Made by a program: the position numbers and the translations under genes. 64,000 bases of DNA. Origin: Candidatus Cloacimonadales bacterium. GTDB lineage: Bacteria > Cloacimonadota > Cloacimonadia > Cloacimonadales > JAIOQZ01. The stretch is from NCBI GenBank assembly GCA_963674825.1, contig OY771587.1, positions 1,472,001 through 1,536,000 of the forward strand. The letters are read 5' to 3'. The stretch's first letter is position 1. Each line of letters opens with the position of its first letter. The notes below the pieces were generated by a model. It did no database searches. It was not told the origin of the DNA and saw nothing but the letters and a program-made list of their open reading frames with translations. Below, one piece after another: positions 10,080-20,746 of the stretch.

Positions 10080-12656
10080 ATGAATCTGAACAAACTGACG
10101 CTAATGACCCGCGATTCTCTCGAAATGGCACGTCAGATCGCCATCGAGCACGGTAATCAGGAGATTGGCTCTTACCATATTATGTCGGCGATGCTTGGAT
10201 CGGACGAAAGCTTCATTCCGCCACTCATGCGGAAGATTGGCGTCGAGCCACAGCAGTTCACCCGTGAAATTTCTGATAAAATCGAAGGTCTTCCGCGCGT
10301 TAGCGGTGGCGGACAAGCTTACCTTTCAAGCGACATGCAGAATGTCATGGATGCTGCCGAGAAAGAAGCAGGCAAGATGCAGGACGAGTACGTCAGCCTC
10401 GAGCACGTTCTTTTAGGAATGCTGGAGAAGAAATGTGACGCAGGTGTTCTCCTCAAGCGCCACGGCATCGACCGTAAAAAGGTGTTGGAGGCACTCAAGG
10501 ATATCCGCGGTTCGCAACGCGTAACCGACGAGAATCCGGAGGCGAAATACCAGGCACTCAAGCGCTACGCACGCAACCTCACAGAACTGGCTCGTACCGG
10601 CAAACTTGATCCGGTAATCGGACGCGACGAGGAGATCCGCAGAAGCATCCAGATCCTTTCGCGTCGGCGCAAGAACAACCCAATCCTGATCGGCGATCCG
10701 GGTGTCGGTAAGACCGCCATCGTGGAAGGACTCGCCCGGAGAGTGATCGACCAGGATGTACCGGAAAACCTGAAAAACAAGGATATTGTAGAACTGGATA
10801 TGGCCTCACTGCTTGCGGGTGCGAAGTTCCGCGGCGAATTCGAAGAGCGCTTGAAAGCGGTTCTGAAAGAAGTCGAGGAGTCGGACGGCAGGATCATCCT
10901 GTTTATCGACGAGCTTCACACAGTTGTGGGTGCTGGTGCCGCCGAAGGCGCCGTGGACGCGTCTAACATGCTCAAGCCGGCCCTGGCTCGCGGTTCGCTG
11001 CACTGTATCGGCGCGACCACGCTGGACGAGTACCGTAAATACATCGAGAAAGACGCGGCACTGGAACGCAGGTTCCAGCCGGTATTGGTCTCGGAACCCG
11101 GCGAGGAGGAAACCATCTCCATCCTGCGCGGCATCAAGGAAAAATACGAGGTGCACCACGGCGTACAGATCACCGATAGCGCTCTGGTTGCGGCTGCAGT
11201 TCTCTCCAACCGCTATATCTCGGATCGCTTCCTGCCGGACAAGGCAATCGACCTGGTTGACGAAGCCTGTGCGCTTCTGCGTATGGAAATCGATTCCATG
11301 CCGGTGGAGCTGGACGAGATCGAACGACGGCTTCGGCAGCTCGAGATCGAAAAGCTCTCCATGCAGAAGGAAAAGGATCCGCTGTCAAAAGAACGTCTCG
11401 GCAAGTGCGACCTGGAAATATCGCAGCTTAAAGAAAAGCAGGCGACGCTCAAGATGCGCTGGGAATATGAAAAGAATCTCTTGAAGCAAATCGGAGAGAT
11501 ATCGGAAGAGATCGACCGCATCAAAGCCGACGCCGAAATCGCCGAGCGTTCCGGTGACTACAACAAGGTCGCGGAATTGCGCTACGGGCTGATGAACAGC
11601 AAGCAGAAGGAGCTCGACCAGCTTCGAGCCAAACTCGCCGAGATTCCCCAGGACGAGCAACTCCTCAAGGAACAGATCGACGAGGAGATGATCGCGCAGG
11701 TCGTCGCCAAGTGGACCAACATCCCAGTCTCGAAGCTTATGCAGAGTGAAATGCAGAAGCTGGTGACGATGGAAGATCACCTCTCCCAGCGTGTAATTGG
11801 CCAGATGGAAGGTATTCGCGCGGTGTCCGACGCAATCCGGCGTTCGCGAAGTGGCCTGGCCGACAGCGACCGGCCAATCGGATCTTTCCTATTTCTTGGT
11901 CCCACCGGTGTGGGCAAGACCGAGCTCGCCAAGAGCCTGGCAGAGTTCCTGTTCGACACGGAACGGGCGATTATACGTGTAGATATGTCCGAATACTTGG
12001 AGCGGCACTCGGTAGCGCGTCTCATCGGCGCACCTCCCGGATACGTAGGTTACGATCAGGGCGGCTATCTCACCGAAGCAGTCCGTAGAAGACCTTACAG
12101 CGTGATCCTCTTCGACGAGATCGAGAAGGCGCACAACGACGTGTTCAACGTGCTGCTGCAAATCCTCGATGATGGCAGACTCACCGACGGCAAGGGACGC
12201 ACGGTCGATTTCAAGAACACCGTGATCATCATGACGTCCAACATGGGATCCGACCTGATTTTCAACACCCACACGGATGATCTGGACGAGATCCGACCGC
12301 AGTTAATGGACATCTTGCGGCAATACCTGAGGCCAGAGTTTATAAACCGTCTCGACGATATTATCGTATTCCACAGACTCAGTCAGAAGCAGATTGAAGA
12401 GATTGTTAAAATCCAGCTGTCGCGGCTCCAGAAGCGGCTTGCAGAAAAGCATGTCGTGCTCGATATCACCGACGAGGCGATGCACCGGCTGGCGCAGGAA
12501 GGATTCGATCCTCAATACGGCGCGAGGCCACTCAAGCGAGTTATCCAACGCGAGATCGAAAACAACCTCGCCAAAGAAATGCTTCAGGGAAACATCCTGC
12601 CGAACCACACCGTCCATATGGATTACAGAAACGAGGCATTCGTGTTTCAAGCATGA
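10080..12656 (+). CDS. clpB: ATP-dependent chaperone ClpB
   Basis: GGAGG RBS and ATG at 10080; two AAA modules ([16 protein letters not shown]); coiled-coil middle domain; [16 protein letters not shown]. Confidence 0.97.
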   Translation: MNLNKLTLMTRDSLEMARQIAIEHGNQEIGSYHIMSAMLGSDESFIPPLMRKIGVEPQQFTREISDKIEGLPRVSGGGQAYLSSDMQNVMDAAEKEAGKMQDEYVSLEHVLLGMLEKKCDAGVLLKRHGIDRKKVLEALKDIRGSQRVTDENPEAKYQALKRYARNLTELARTGKLDPVIGRDEEIRRSIQILSRRRKNNPILIGDPGVGKTAIVEGLARRVIDQDVPENLKNKDIVELDMASLLAGAKFRGEFEERLKAVLKEVEESDGRIILFIDELHTVVGAGAAEGAVDASNMLKPALARGSLHCIGATTLDEYRKYIEKDAALERRFQPVLVSEPGEEETISILRGIKEKYEVHHGVQITDSALVAAAVLSNRYISDRFLPDKAIDLVDEACALLRMEIDSMPVELDEIERRLRQLEIEKLSMQKEKDPLSKERLGKCDLEISQLKEKQATLKMRWEYEKNLLKQIGEISEEIDRIKADAEIAERSGDYNKVAELRYGLMNSKQKELDQLRAKLAEIPQDEQLLKEQIDEEMIAQVVAKWTNIPVSKLMQSEMQKLVTMEDHLSQRVIGQMEGIRAVSDAIRRSRSGLADSDRPIGSFLFLGPTGVGKTELAKSLAEFLFDTERAIIRVDMSEYLERHSVARLIGAPPGYVGYDQGGYLTEAVRRRPYSVILFDEIEKAHNDVFNVLLQILDDGRLTDGKGRTVDFKNTVIIMTSNMGSDLIFNTHTDDLDEIRPQLMDILRQYLRPEFINRLDDIIVFHRLSQKQIEEIVKIQLSRLQKRLAEKHVVLDITDEAMHRLAQEGFDPQYGARPLKRVIQREIENNLAKEMLQGNILPNHTVHMDYRNEAFVFQA

Positions 12657-12717
12657 GCCAACAAACCGGACATACTGTCGTCTGGTTTTCAACATAAATC
12701 TCTGTGTTACTATGCTA

Positions 12718-12745
12718 AAAAAGCCGGGCAAACACCCGGCTTTTT
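12718..12745. terminator. Bidirectional intrinsic terminator
   Basis: AAAAAGCCGGG-caaaca-CCCGGCTTTTT between convergent genes. Confidence 0.85.
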
Positions 12746-12769
12746 ATATGAAATCGATAGTCTATGCAT

Positions 12770-14038
12770 TTACTTCTTCGAGAGGAACTCTTCGATATGA
12801 TCGAACTGTCGTCTCGCTTCAGCGCGGCATTTCACCAGGTTGCTCTTGATTTGTTCAGCGATAATGGTGTGGTTTTTCTCCAGCTTATCGATAGCTATTC
12901 CGATTTTCGTCAGATCGAGGTTCTTGTAATCGAAAACATAATCGCTGAGGTCGAATTGCTTGAGCACTTCTTCATATTTATGGCTCCAACCGATCACGAT
13001 CAACGGTTTGTGCAGGTTGAGCGCAAAAATCATAGCATGGAAGCGAGACACCAGGCAGAGTGAGGTTTTTTCAATAAACCGTTTGATACCATCACTGTTC
13101 GCATCGAAATCAACGACCGTTATCTCACTCACCATGGAGGTGTGTTTCTCGCGAATCCTCGCCATGATCTCACGTATAACGGGAATGTCGTTGTTCATCA
13201 GCTCATCGGGATTGTCCTCACGTGTCGCGTTCGGGAATAACAATACGTGGTATTTCCGGGATTGAAGAAACTCGATGATACGGATGTTGAGATCGATGTA
13301 ATCCCATCTCTCTTTGAGTGATTTCTTATAGATCACCGCACTGGGGCAGAAACCGATAATATCGGAATTCTTTCCGTCGAGTTCCGCAAGTGTCATTTCG
13401 ATACGGCTCAGGTTTTCGCTGGTTACCGGGTCCCCGAAATCATTCAGGAAAACGATATCGTCCGCACGATGCAGGATTCCCGCAGGCACTTTCAACTGGT
13501 CGAAGTTCTTCAGCGTCGCTTCACCTCGAGCAAAGATTCTCATGCACTTGAAGAGGTATCGCTTCGCGAAAAACCGGTTAACCGGATTCTTGAACGGGCC
13601 CATTGCCTGGGAAAGTTTGTACACCGGCACTTTAAAAAGCAGTGCTGTGAGTATGGTCAGGATGTTGAAGGGGAGGAACTTTTCCCGCCCATCGATAAAC
13701 GATACACCGGCGACATCAAGTTGCATGTCACTGGACGCAATGAACGACACCTCTTTGGGCATCCGTTTGATCAAACCACTGAGACCGATATGTTTCAGAA
13801 TGTAAGCGATGATTGTACAGGGGAAAAGCACACCCGCAAGAAAGGCAGGCTTCGAACTCAGGATAACGCAATTGGCGTCCTTATCAATCAGCTTTCGATC
13901 CTTCTTGGGATAGGGTGTCATGATTCCGAATCTGGTATCGGGAAATTTCTTGCGAATCTGAGCAATTGTCGTTACAGTCATTGCCTCTGCGCCACGATTT
14001 CCATAAAGCGCACCAGCGCTTATCGTTATTTTTTTCAT
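12770..14038 (-). CDS. Polysaccharide pyruvyl transferase family protein (WcaK-like)
   Basis: GNRGAEAM, SQAMGPF, IFARG, SRFHAMIFAL and WSHKY motifs. Confidence 0.85.
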   Translation of the reverse strand: MKKITISAGALYGNRGAEAMTVTTIAQIRKKFPDTRFGIMTPYPKKDRKLIDKDANCVILSSKPAFLAGVLFPCTIIAYILKHIGLSGLIKRMPKEVSFIASSDMQLDVAGVSFIDGREKFLPFNILTILTALLFKVPVYKLSQAMGPFKNPVNRFFAKRYLFKCMRIFARGEATLKNFDQLKVPAGILHRADDIVFLNDFGDPVTSENLSRIEMTLAELDGKNSDIIGFCPSAVIYKKSLKERWDYIDLNIRIIEFLQSRKYHVLLFPNATREDNPDELMNNDIPVIREIMARIREKHTSMVSEITVVDFDANSDGIKRFIEKTSLCLVSRFHAMIFALNLHKPLIVIGWSHKYEEVLKQFDLSDYVFDYKNLDLTKIGIAIDKLEKNHTIIAEQIKSNLVKCRAEARRQFDHIEEFLSKK

Positions 14039-14084
14039 GAAAATGTCTCCAGCGATCTATCTTGCGGGGGATCGTTTCGATATC

Positions 14085-14115
14085 AAGGGGATTGCTTCAG
14101 CGAAGAAATCCCCTT
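14085..14115 (-). terminator. Probable terminator hairpin after lysS
   Basis: AAGGGGATTGCTTC-agc-GAAGAAATCCCCTT. Confidence 0.55.
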
Positions 14116-14146
14116 TTATCTTATAATGATATTCTACCTTAAGTAG

Positions 14147-15643
14147 CTATTTTTTCGGCTTATACATCGGGAACGGGATGATGTCGCGAATATTCGGGCT
14201 ATCGGTAAGCAGCATGACCAGTCGGTCGATACCGATACCAACACCACCGGTGGGTGGCATTCCACAGCCGATGGCTCTCACGAAGTCAACATCAACCGGG
14301 TGATCAGAGTAGTCCTGACCCTCTTTGGGTTCACGTTGCGTTTCGAGACGCTCGAGCTGCAAGACGGGATCGGTCATCTCAGAGTAGGCGTTACCCAGCT
14401 CCATTCCGCAAACATACGGTTCGAAGCGTTCCACGAAACGATCGTCACCGCGTTTTTTCTTTGTAAGCGGCGAGATATCCACAGGGTGGTTTATAATGAA
14501 TGTAGGCTGAATGAGTGCTTCTTCGCATAATGCCTCAAAGAGCACCATCACTGCTACACCCCAGGTAAGGCCCTTCTCGACCTTCATCTCGTGCTTTTTC
14601 ATCTCTTCGATCAGATCTTCCAGGCTCATCTTGTCGGCATCGATGCCGGCAATATTCTTGAGCGCTTCGAGGACGGTCATCCTGTTCCAAGGTGGTGTAA
14701 AGTCAATATCCTGCCCCTGATAACTCACCTTCATGGTTCCATTGACTTTCTGGCAGACGCTGCTGACCAGATTCTCGAAATTGCGCATCTGATCTTCGTA
14801 GTCGGAGTAGGTTTCGTACCATTCAATCATGGTGAATTCGGGGTTGTGGGTGTAGTCAATACCTTCGTTACGGAAGTTCTGGCAGATCGTATAGACACGG
14901 TCGAACCCGGCAACGATAAAACGCTTGAGATAAAGTTCAGGCGAGATACGTAAGAAAGCAGGGCTGTTTCCCAGCGCCCAGATACTGGTCTCGAACGGAC
15001 GAGCTTCTGCCCCACCGTAAACGAACTCGATCGTCGGTGTGGTCACTTCGATGAAATCGCGTGATTCCATGAAATCACGTACGGCCGAAACGATCTTTGC
15101 ACGCTTGAACACACGGTTGCGATCTTCGTCGTTAAGCATCCAGTCGATATAACGTTCGCGATACTTGGCTTCTGGATCGGCAACGCGATTGAAGACTTTG
15201 TCGTCGGTCTCTTTACCCATCGGGATCGGTACAACAGTCTTGGAAAGCACATCAATCTTGCTGATTCGCAGCGTCATTTCGCCCGTCTTGGTCATGAAGA
15301 GTTTACCATGTACGCCAACAATATCACCAAGATCAAGCGCGGAAAGCATGCTCCAGTACTGCGCGTCGATTCCCTCGCGTGCGATCAGACCCTGGATCTT
15401 TCCGGTTTTGTCGCGCAGATCGATGAAAACGCTCTTGCCCATCTTGCGCTTGGACCACAGTCTTCCGACCGTCGTGAAGACCTTGTCATCACCTTCTTCG
15501 TTCAGCTCGATCGACTCTCCGTGGGCACGAATTGTATCGATTGTCGTAAATTCATCATAATTATACGGATAGGGGTCAACACCCATATCCATCAATTGCT
15601 TCCTCTTCTGAAGCCGGATGCCATCAAATCCATATTTCTTCAT
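14147..15643 (-). CDS. lysS: Lysine--tRNA ligase, class II
   Basis: OB-fold anticodon domain (GK..F.DLRD.TGKIQ); GGAEARPF; LRISPELYLKR; motif 2 FRNEGID..HNPEFT; ELGNAYSE; motif 3 GMPPTGGVGIGIDR. Confidence 0.95.
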   Translation of the reverse strand: MKKYGFDGIRLQKRKQLMDMGVDPYPYNYDEFTTIDTIRAHGESIELNEEGDDKVFTTVGRLWSKRKMGKSVFIDLRDKTGKIQGLIAREGIDAQYWSMLSALDLGDIVGVHGKLFMTKTGEMTLRISKIDVLSKTVVPIPMGKETDDKVFNRVADPEAKYRERYIDWMLNDEDRNRVFKRAKIVSAVRDFMESRDFIEVTTPTIEFVYGGAEARPFETSIWALGNSPAFLRISPELYLKRFIVAGFDRVYTICQNFRNEGIDYTHNPEFTMIEWYETYSDYEDQMRNFENLVSSVCQKVNGTMKVSYQGQDIDFTPPWNRMTVLEALKNIAGIDADKMSLEDLIEEMKKHEMKVEKGLTWGVAVMVLFEALCEEALIQPTFIINHPVDISPLTKKKRGDDRFVERFEPYVCGMELGNAYSEMTDPVLQLERLETQREPKEGQDYSDHPVDVDFVRAIGCGMPPTGGVGIGIDRLVMLLTDSPNIRDIIPFPMYKPKK

Positions 15644-15645
15644 AG

Positions 15646-17904
15646 TTACAAACCTTGTTCTTCAATATAGTTCCTGTACGTTTCAACGTTACCCCACCAG
15701 GCGTCAACTTCTTTCTTTCGCATGACCTTGACGAAGTGCTTGCCACGGTCAGTGAAAAGCCCGTGAATCGTAGATGCCAGCCCGTTTCTGATCAGGCTGT
15801 GAATATACTCGATGATGCTGGGCGTGATTTCCAGTCCGGGCATGATCACAGGAATACCCGGAGGGTATGGAACCAGCATCTGTGCGCCGATCCGACCGAC
15901 TGCATCACTCAGCGCGACCAGTTCGCCATCGCACGACGCCGCGTCACGCGGGAGGATCACCGTACGACTGCGGGACATCTCGCGGTTGAATTCCACACTC
16001 ACGCCATAGCTGTTGGTGGGGATATCCGGGTAACCGAGCAGGTCGCGGTTCTTGTTCAGAATCTCGAACAGTTTCTGCAGATGATCGTTGAAAGTCCCGA
16101 TGGTAATTAGGAATTCGATACAGCCTCGCGAGCTCTTTTCCCACTGGATGTGCTCTCGTTCGAGTATTTGTTTCAGCTCTTCGCCGCATTCTTCATCCAG
16201 GACACCAATAATAAGTTTCAACGGATCTTTCATGTAGCCGTTGTAGCGGTGAGTGTTTTCGTCACCAACGATATCTATCAGGTTCACGATGCTGTCTGGA
16301 GCGATCTGCGCCAAGTCGTTATTGAACTTTTGGATCCATTTGTGACGCTTCTCCAATATAGAGAGCCCTTCCAGCCGCATCTGGATGCCCGACATATCGA
16401 GCGTAGCCAGCATGGGATAGTTAGGCGAGGTAGAATGCCAATAGCGCAGAATTTCCACCAGATCATGACAGAATTTCTCGTAGGAACCTCTGTTACGGAA
16501 GCTGAAACGCTCACGCAGCCATTCCCATTGCGAGCTTGTGTCACGTTCCACCAGATTTCGGAACGCAGCGGTAATATGTATCATGGACGCCTGGCTGAAC
16601 GCCGCCAGGGCCTTGTGGGTCGATTGCACGACGAAATGCGCCCCGGCGTCGCAACCGTTGTAGCGCGTTATGTATTCTCCGTCCGGGAGCAGGATGTCCC
16701 GTGCGGTATAAAGCGGATGGAACCTCAGATAAGGTGCCCAGGCTTCGTCCGCGTAAAAGATGATTCCGTATTCTTCGCAGAGACGCGCAATTTTATGGAT
16801 CGGATAGAGCACGCCCTCGTAGGTGCATGTGGTGAGGATCAGCATGCGCGGCTTGAGGCCCTCAGGGTAGTCGCGCGTGATGAACGCCTCGAGTGTGGGG
16901 TAATCGACCGGCGTCCAGATTCCCAACGCTTCGTTGTATTCCGGCTCGAGGTAGAGCGGAAGCGCGCCCGACATCACCACAGCCTGATGTACCGATTTAT
17001 GGCAGTTGCGGTCCAGCAGCACGATTTCGCCCGGACGCATGAGAGTCATCAGAAGGGCTTTATTGGATGCGGATGTGCCGTTGGTCATGTAAAAGGTGTT
17101 TTCCGCGCCAAAGATGTTGGCGGCACGGATTTGCGAGCGTTGCAGCGGCTTGAGCCCGGGATGATCGTAATCGCGGATACGATAGTCCGGCTCGGAGAGG
17201 TCACCAAGGCGATCGACCGACACGCTCAGGTCGGTCTCGAAGATAGCGTGATCGTAGGTGTAGTAAAAAGCTTTCTGGAACTGCGAGCGCAAGAAGGCGT
17301 TGCCGCCGTTGTGGCCCGGCGTGTGCCAGGATTTCGAGCCTTCTTCAAAGGCGTAGTTACGCAGTTCGCGCCAGAACGAAGCGCCCCACCACTCGTTGAA
17401 GTAGAGGTTGAATTCGCGGCTCAGTTCGGTCATGTTTGAAAAGATATCCTGCGGGATCATTGCCCAGCGTTCGGGCACGTTTTCTGATTCATCTTCGTCC
17501 GCCAGCAGTATGACCGGAATGTGCGGGAAGATACTGTCGAGCCAATCGGCGAAGTTCATTCCACCGACGTTCGCCAGGGGAAGGTTTTCCATCACCATGT
17601 CTTCGCGCTCGATCACGTAGTCCATCACGAAGAAGAGCACTTTCGCACCGATTTCGGACAGCTGATTACCGGGATAAATACCATTCATGAAGTCGCTGAC
17701 CGATTTGTATTGGATGAGCTTGAATTCGAGTTCGGGCGTGAAATCGGATCTGCCCGGTACGATATTTTTATGTCCAAAGTGGTCGAAGAAAAATTTATTC
17801 AGCCTGGTCTCGATCCAGGGAAAAACGCGTTTAAACAGACTTCTGTCCGTTTGATCGTCCTCGAGATGGACGATGTAAAAGACTTCTTTGATAGGATCTT
17901 GCAT
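15646..17904 (-). CDS. PLP-dependent Orn/Lys/Arg decarboxylase, long form with N-terminal receiver-like (wing) domain
   Basis: HTPGHNGG, NGTS, DRNCHKS, DEAW, QSTHK (PLP lysine), PYPPGIP; GGAGGAG RBS before the ATG at 17904; substrate cannot be assigned by eye. Confidence 0.88.
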   Translation of the reverse strand: MQDPIKEVFYIVHLEDDQTDRSLFKRVFPWIETRLNKFFFDHFGHKNIVPGRSDFTPELEFKLIQYKSVSDFMNGIYPGNQLSEIGAKVLFFVMDYVIEREDMVMENLPLANVGGMNFADWLDSIFPHIPVILLADEDESENVPERWAMIPQDIFSNMTELSREFNLYFNEWWGASFWRELRNYAFEEGSKSWHTPGHNGGNAFLRSQFQKAFYYTYDHAIFETDLSVSVDRLGDLSEPDYRIRDYDHPGLKPLQRSQIRAANIFGAENTFYMTNGTSASNKALLMTLMRPGEIVLLDRNCHKSVHQAVVMSGALPLYLEPEYNEALGIWTPVDYPTLEAFITRDYPEGLKPRMLILTTCTYEGVLYPIHKIARLCEEYGIIFYADEAWAPYLRFHPLYTARDILLPDGEYITRYNGCDAGAHFVVQSTHKALAAFSQASMIHITAAFRNLVERDTSSQWEWLRERFSFRNRGSYEKFCHDLVEILRYWHSTSPNYPMLATLDMSGIQMRLEGLSILEKRHKWIQKFNNDLAQIAPDSIVNLIDIVGDENTHRYNGYMKDPLKLIIGVLDEECGEELKQILEREHIQWEKSSRGCIEFLITIGTFNDHLQKLFEILNKNRDLLGYPDIPTNSYGVSVEFNREMSRSRTVILPRDAASCDGELVALSDAVGRIGAQMLVPYPPGIPVIMPGLEITPSIIEYIHSLIRNGLASTIHGLFTDRGKHFVKVMRKKEVDAWWGNVETYRNYIEEQGL

Positions 17905-18105
17905 AACTCCTCCCCACACATTTTAGTCAACATAATGGAAAACAAAATCCGCGCAATTTCATACCCCGGATTTCTGTGTCAAGTCAAATTGTTTTTGTGG
18001 GTTTTGCGCTCTTTCTATTATTAAATACCGAGGCTTGAATGATGCGTTATAGGCTGAAAGCCTCCACATTACTATGATGGCTACGCTGATATCTAATGTG
18101 AGCGA

Positions 18106-18867
18106 CTACTTCAGCACGTTTTCAAGAACATGCTCGAGCTTATCGACGGCGACGAGGGTATTGATGCAGGGGCCTTCCGGGCGTTCGTTGAGGATTCCGT
18201 AAACCGGGATGGGAAAAGCGTCCTGAATACCATCGACCAGGTCACGCTGGCAGGCGACGGCGATGATGAACTTGGGACGGTTTTTGACGATAATGCGACG
18301 AGCGAGTGTGCCACCTGTCGCGATAGCAATGGTTATATTGTATTTCTCCGCCAGCTTCTTGAGTGCTGCGATGTTGCACTTACCGCATCCGGTACAGAGG
18401 CGGATATCATTGGTAATGCGGATGTTACAGTCCGTGTTTTGCAAGCAGTGCGGCAGAAGCACCAGAATCTCGGAGGGCTCGAATTTCATCGGCATTGTCT
18501 TTGTGAGAGCATTGTTGACATGAACGTACGATTCACGCACACGATCCCGTGAAATACCGATGATTCGCCCGAGAAGAACGGTTACAGGAAACAAGAATTG
18601 AGTCGCAAGCCGAACCGGAAAACGTAGAATCATGAGGTTCTTTTCGAGGTAACTGGTGAGCAGCATCAGGATGATGCCGAACATCACCATGAAGTAGAAT
18701 ATCCTGAGCGCTGTGAGTGTGGCGATCGCTATCCAGTGACTGATTTCGTGCAGTCGTGGCGAGATGAACCACCAGAGTACGGTTGTAACCGCCATCACGA
18801 GGATAAGGCTCAGTGTGGCGAGCACCAGAAACAGGTTCTTGTATTTAGTCCCGATCTCGATCGGCAT
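18106..18867 (-). CDS. DUF116 domain membrane protein
   Basis: Two TM helices, then LLPHCLQ, C..CGKC, ATGGTLAR, AVACQRDL, GPCINT; position after fmt is typical. Confidence 0.85.
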   Translation of the reverse strand: MPIEIGTKYKNLFLVLATLSLILVMAVTTVLWWFISPRLHEISHWIAIATLTALRIFYFMVMFGIILMLLTSYLEKNLMILRFPVRLATQFLFPVTVLLGRIIGISRDRVRESYVHVNNALTKTMPMKFEPSEILVLLPHCLQNTDCNIRITNDIRLCTGCGKCNIAALKKLAEKYNITIAIATGGTLARRIIVKNRPKFIIAVACQRDLVDGIQDAFPIPVYGILNERPEGPCINTLVAVDKLEHVLENVLK

Positions 18868-19825
18868 GCGTAAACCGCTCCCCTTCTTTGAGATGCGCAC
18901 CAAGATTGTAGGCATGTGCGCTCATGATCTTCTTTCCTGCCGGCTGCACTTCGGTAATCAGGATCACCCGATCCGCCGTCGCGACTTCGAAGCCGACGTT
19001 CTTGACGATACCCACGATGGTTCCAGGTTCATCCGTTGCGATGCGTTCCAGCAATTCCGTTCGGATGATTTTGATAGGGGCTTCGCGCAGAAACGCCGTC
19101 GCGCCGGGCTGCAACGCCAAGCCTCGTACGTGGTTGCGAATAGTCTCAGCAGAAACATTCCAGTCGATGAAGGTATCACTTTTATCGATCTTACCGCAGA
19201 AAACAGCCTTTTCGTGCTGCTGCTTCTGCTCGACGATCTCGCCTCTCTCGAGCATCTCGAGCGTGGTTACCAAATCTTCACCACCCATGAGGGAGAGACG
19301 ATCCTGTAACTCGGTGTAGCACTCTGTAGGCTCGATATCGGTCTGACGCTGGTAGAGGATCGGTCCGGCATCCATCCTACGGGTGAGTCGGAAAATGGTG
19401 TTGCCGGTGATGGTATCGCCATGGAAGAGCGCAGCATTGACAGGACTCGATCCGCGGTAGAGTGGCAAAAGAGACGGATGCAGATTCAGACACCCGAATG
19501 GAGTTAATTCGCGAAGCGCTTTCCCCAGAAATCCACCATAGGCAGCGGTCACAATCACATCCGGTTTCACGGCTGCGATCTGCTCGATCGCATCGGGAGT
19601 GTTGACATCTTCCGGCTGGAATACGGAAATACCGAGTTCAAAAGCGAGTGCCTTTACCGGCGGCGGTGTCAGACGCTGCTTGCGTCCTTTTGGCCTGTCG
19701 GGCTGCGTAACCACCAGTACCGGCTTGAACTTGCTTTCGGCAAGCCTTTTCAAGGCGGGGACAGCGAATTCCGGTGTCCCCATGAAAACGAGTCTATTTA
19801 TCAAAGATGCGGATGTTGACACCAT
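18845..19825 (-). CDS. fmt: Methionyl-tRNA formyltransferase
   Basis: VFMGTPEFA, TQPDRPKGR, NLHPSLLP.YRG, MDAGP; start is either 19825 (ATG) or 19804 (TTG). Confidence 0.95.
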   Translation of the reverse strand: MVSTSASLINRLVFMGTPEFAVPALKRLAESKFKPVLVVTQPDRPKGRKQRLTPPPVKALAFELGISVFQPEDVNTPDAIEQIAAVKPDVIVTAAYGGFLGKALRELTPFGCLNLHPSLLPLYRGSSPVNAALFHGDTITGNTIFRLTRRMDAGPILYQRQTDIEPTECYTELQDRLSLMGGEDLVTTLEMLERGEIVEQKQQHEKAVFCGKIDKSDTFIDWNVSAETIRNHVRGLALQPGATAFLREAPIKIIRTELLERIATDEPGTIVGIVKNVGFEVATADRVILITEVQPAGKKIMSAHAYNLGAHLKEGERFTHADRDRD

Positions 19826-20351
19826 GTTCGTCCGTTGTGCTCTCCAGTTCACGGATTTTCTTTTTCCAGGGCAGGAGTTTCAGCTTGTTTACGCGATCCA
19901 CGAAGAGAATCCCGTCCAGATGGTCATATTCGTGCTGTAAGACGGTAGAAAAATAATCTTCCGCCTCATAAACCTGCTCTTCGCCCTTCTCGTTGATCGA
20001 TTCGATCGTGATCTTGCCAGGACGCTTTACTTTTTCGAAGATACCGGGAAGGCTGAGGCATCCCTCTTCATAGATATACGAACCTTCGCTCTCGGTAATG
20101 CGAGGATTGATCATCACGACCGGCTTTTTTACCTTCGTTTCGTAGAAGAACGGATCGACCACGAAGATACGGAGCGATCTGCCAACCTGCGGTGCTGCGA
20201 GGCCTACACCATCATAGGTGTACATGGTCTCGATGAGATCCTGAATGAACTCGCTGATCTCGTCGGTGATCTCCTGGACCGGTTCCGCTTTCTCACGCAG
20301 AATCCTGTCGCCGATCAACCGTACTTCGAGCAATTTCGGTTGCCGTTTCAT
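19794..20351 (-). CDS. def: Peptide deformylase
   Basis: GVGLAAPQ, EEGCLS, QHEYDHLDG. Confidence 0.96.
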   Translation of the reverse strand: MKRQPKLLEVRLIGDRILREKAEPVQEITDEISEFIQDLIETMYTYDGVGLAAPQVGRSLRIFVVDPFFYETKVKKPVVMINPRITESEGSYIYEEGCLSLPGIFEKVKRPGKITIESINEKGEEQVYEAEDYFSTVLQHEYDHLDGILFVDRVNKLKLLPWKKKIRELESTTDEHGVNIRIFDK

Positions 20352-20353
20352 GC

Positions 20354-20710
20354 TTACTTGGTTTCGGCTGGCTTGTCGGTCTTCGGGACGATCCCGGCAA
20401 TTGCCTGGCGCTGGAATTCGATCTTGGTGTTGGTGCTTTCATCCACGCGAAGAACCACGCTGTCCTTGTCTTTCTTGATCGATACAATCTTGCCGATGAT
20501 ACCGGAAGATGTGACAACAACGTCGTTTTCTTTCAGCTCTTCGATCATTCTCTGATGCTCTTTCTGCTTCTTCTGTTGCGGACGAATCAGAAGAAAATAG
20601 AAGATTCCGAACATAAGTCCGAACATGAGGATGGTCTGGATCAGTCCACCCGCGCCACCGGTAGCGCCATCGGCTGCTGGTGCAGTTGCTTGCAGTAACA
20701 TGTAATGCAT
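20354..20710 (-). CDS. yajC: Preprotein translocase subunit YajC
   Basis: FYFLLIRPQQKKQKEH, VVTSSGIIGKI. Confidence 0.93.
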   Translation of the reverse strand: MHYMLLQATAPAADGATGGAGGLIQTILMFGLMFGIFYFLLIRPQQKKQKEHQRMIEELKENDVVVTSSGIIGKIVSIKKDKDSVVLRVDESTNTKIEFQRQAIAGIVPKTDKPAETK

Positions 20711-20746
20711 AGTATATCTCCTTTATTCAATATCGTATTAAGCCAC

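Noticed and set aside
14147..15643. LysRS as an EpmA/PoxA (EF-P ligase) paralog
   Set aside because: It has a full N-terminal anticodon-binding OB-fold, which EpmA lacks.
16150..17439. Long antisense ORFs (429 aa here; also 5420-6430, 54972-55958 and 34459-35229)
   Set aside because: They are shadows of well-supported genes on the opposite strand, have no recognisable motifs, and are expected from codon bias.
17905..18105. Lysine riboswitch or T-box upstream of the decarboxylase-lysS unit
   Set aside because: I found no AGAGGUGC-type lysine aptamer start and no T-box consensus on the minus strand, only weak hairpins.
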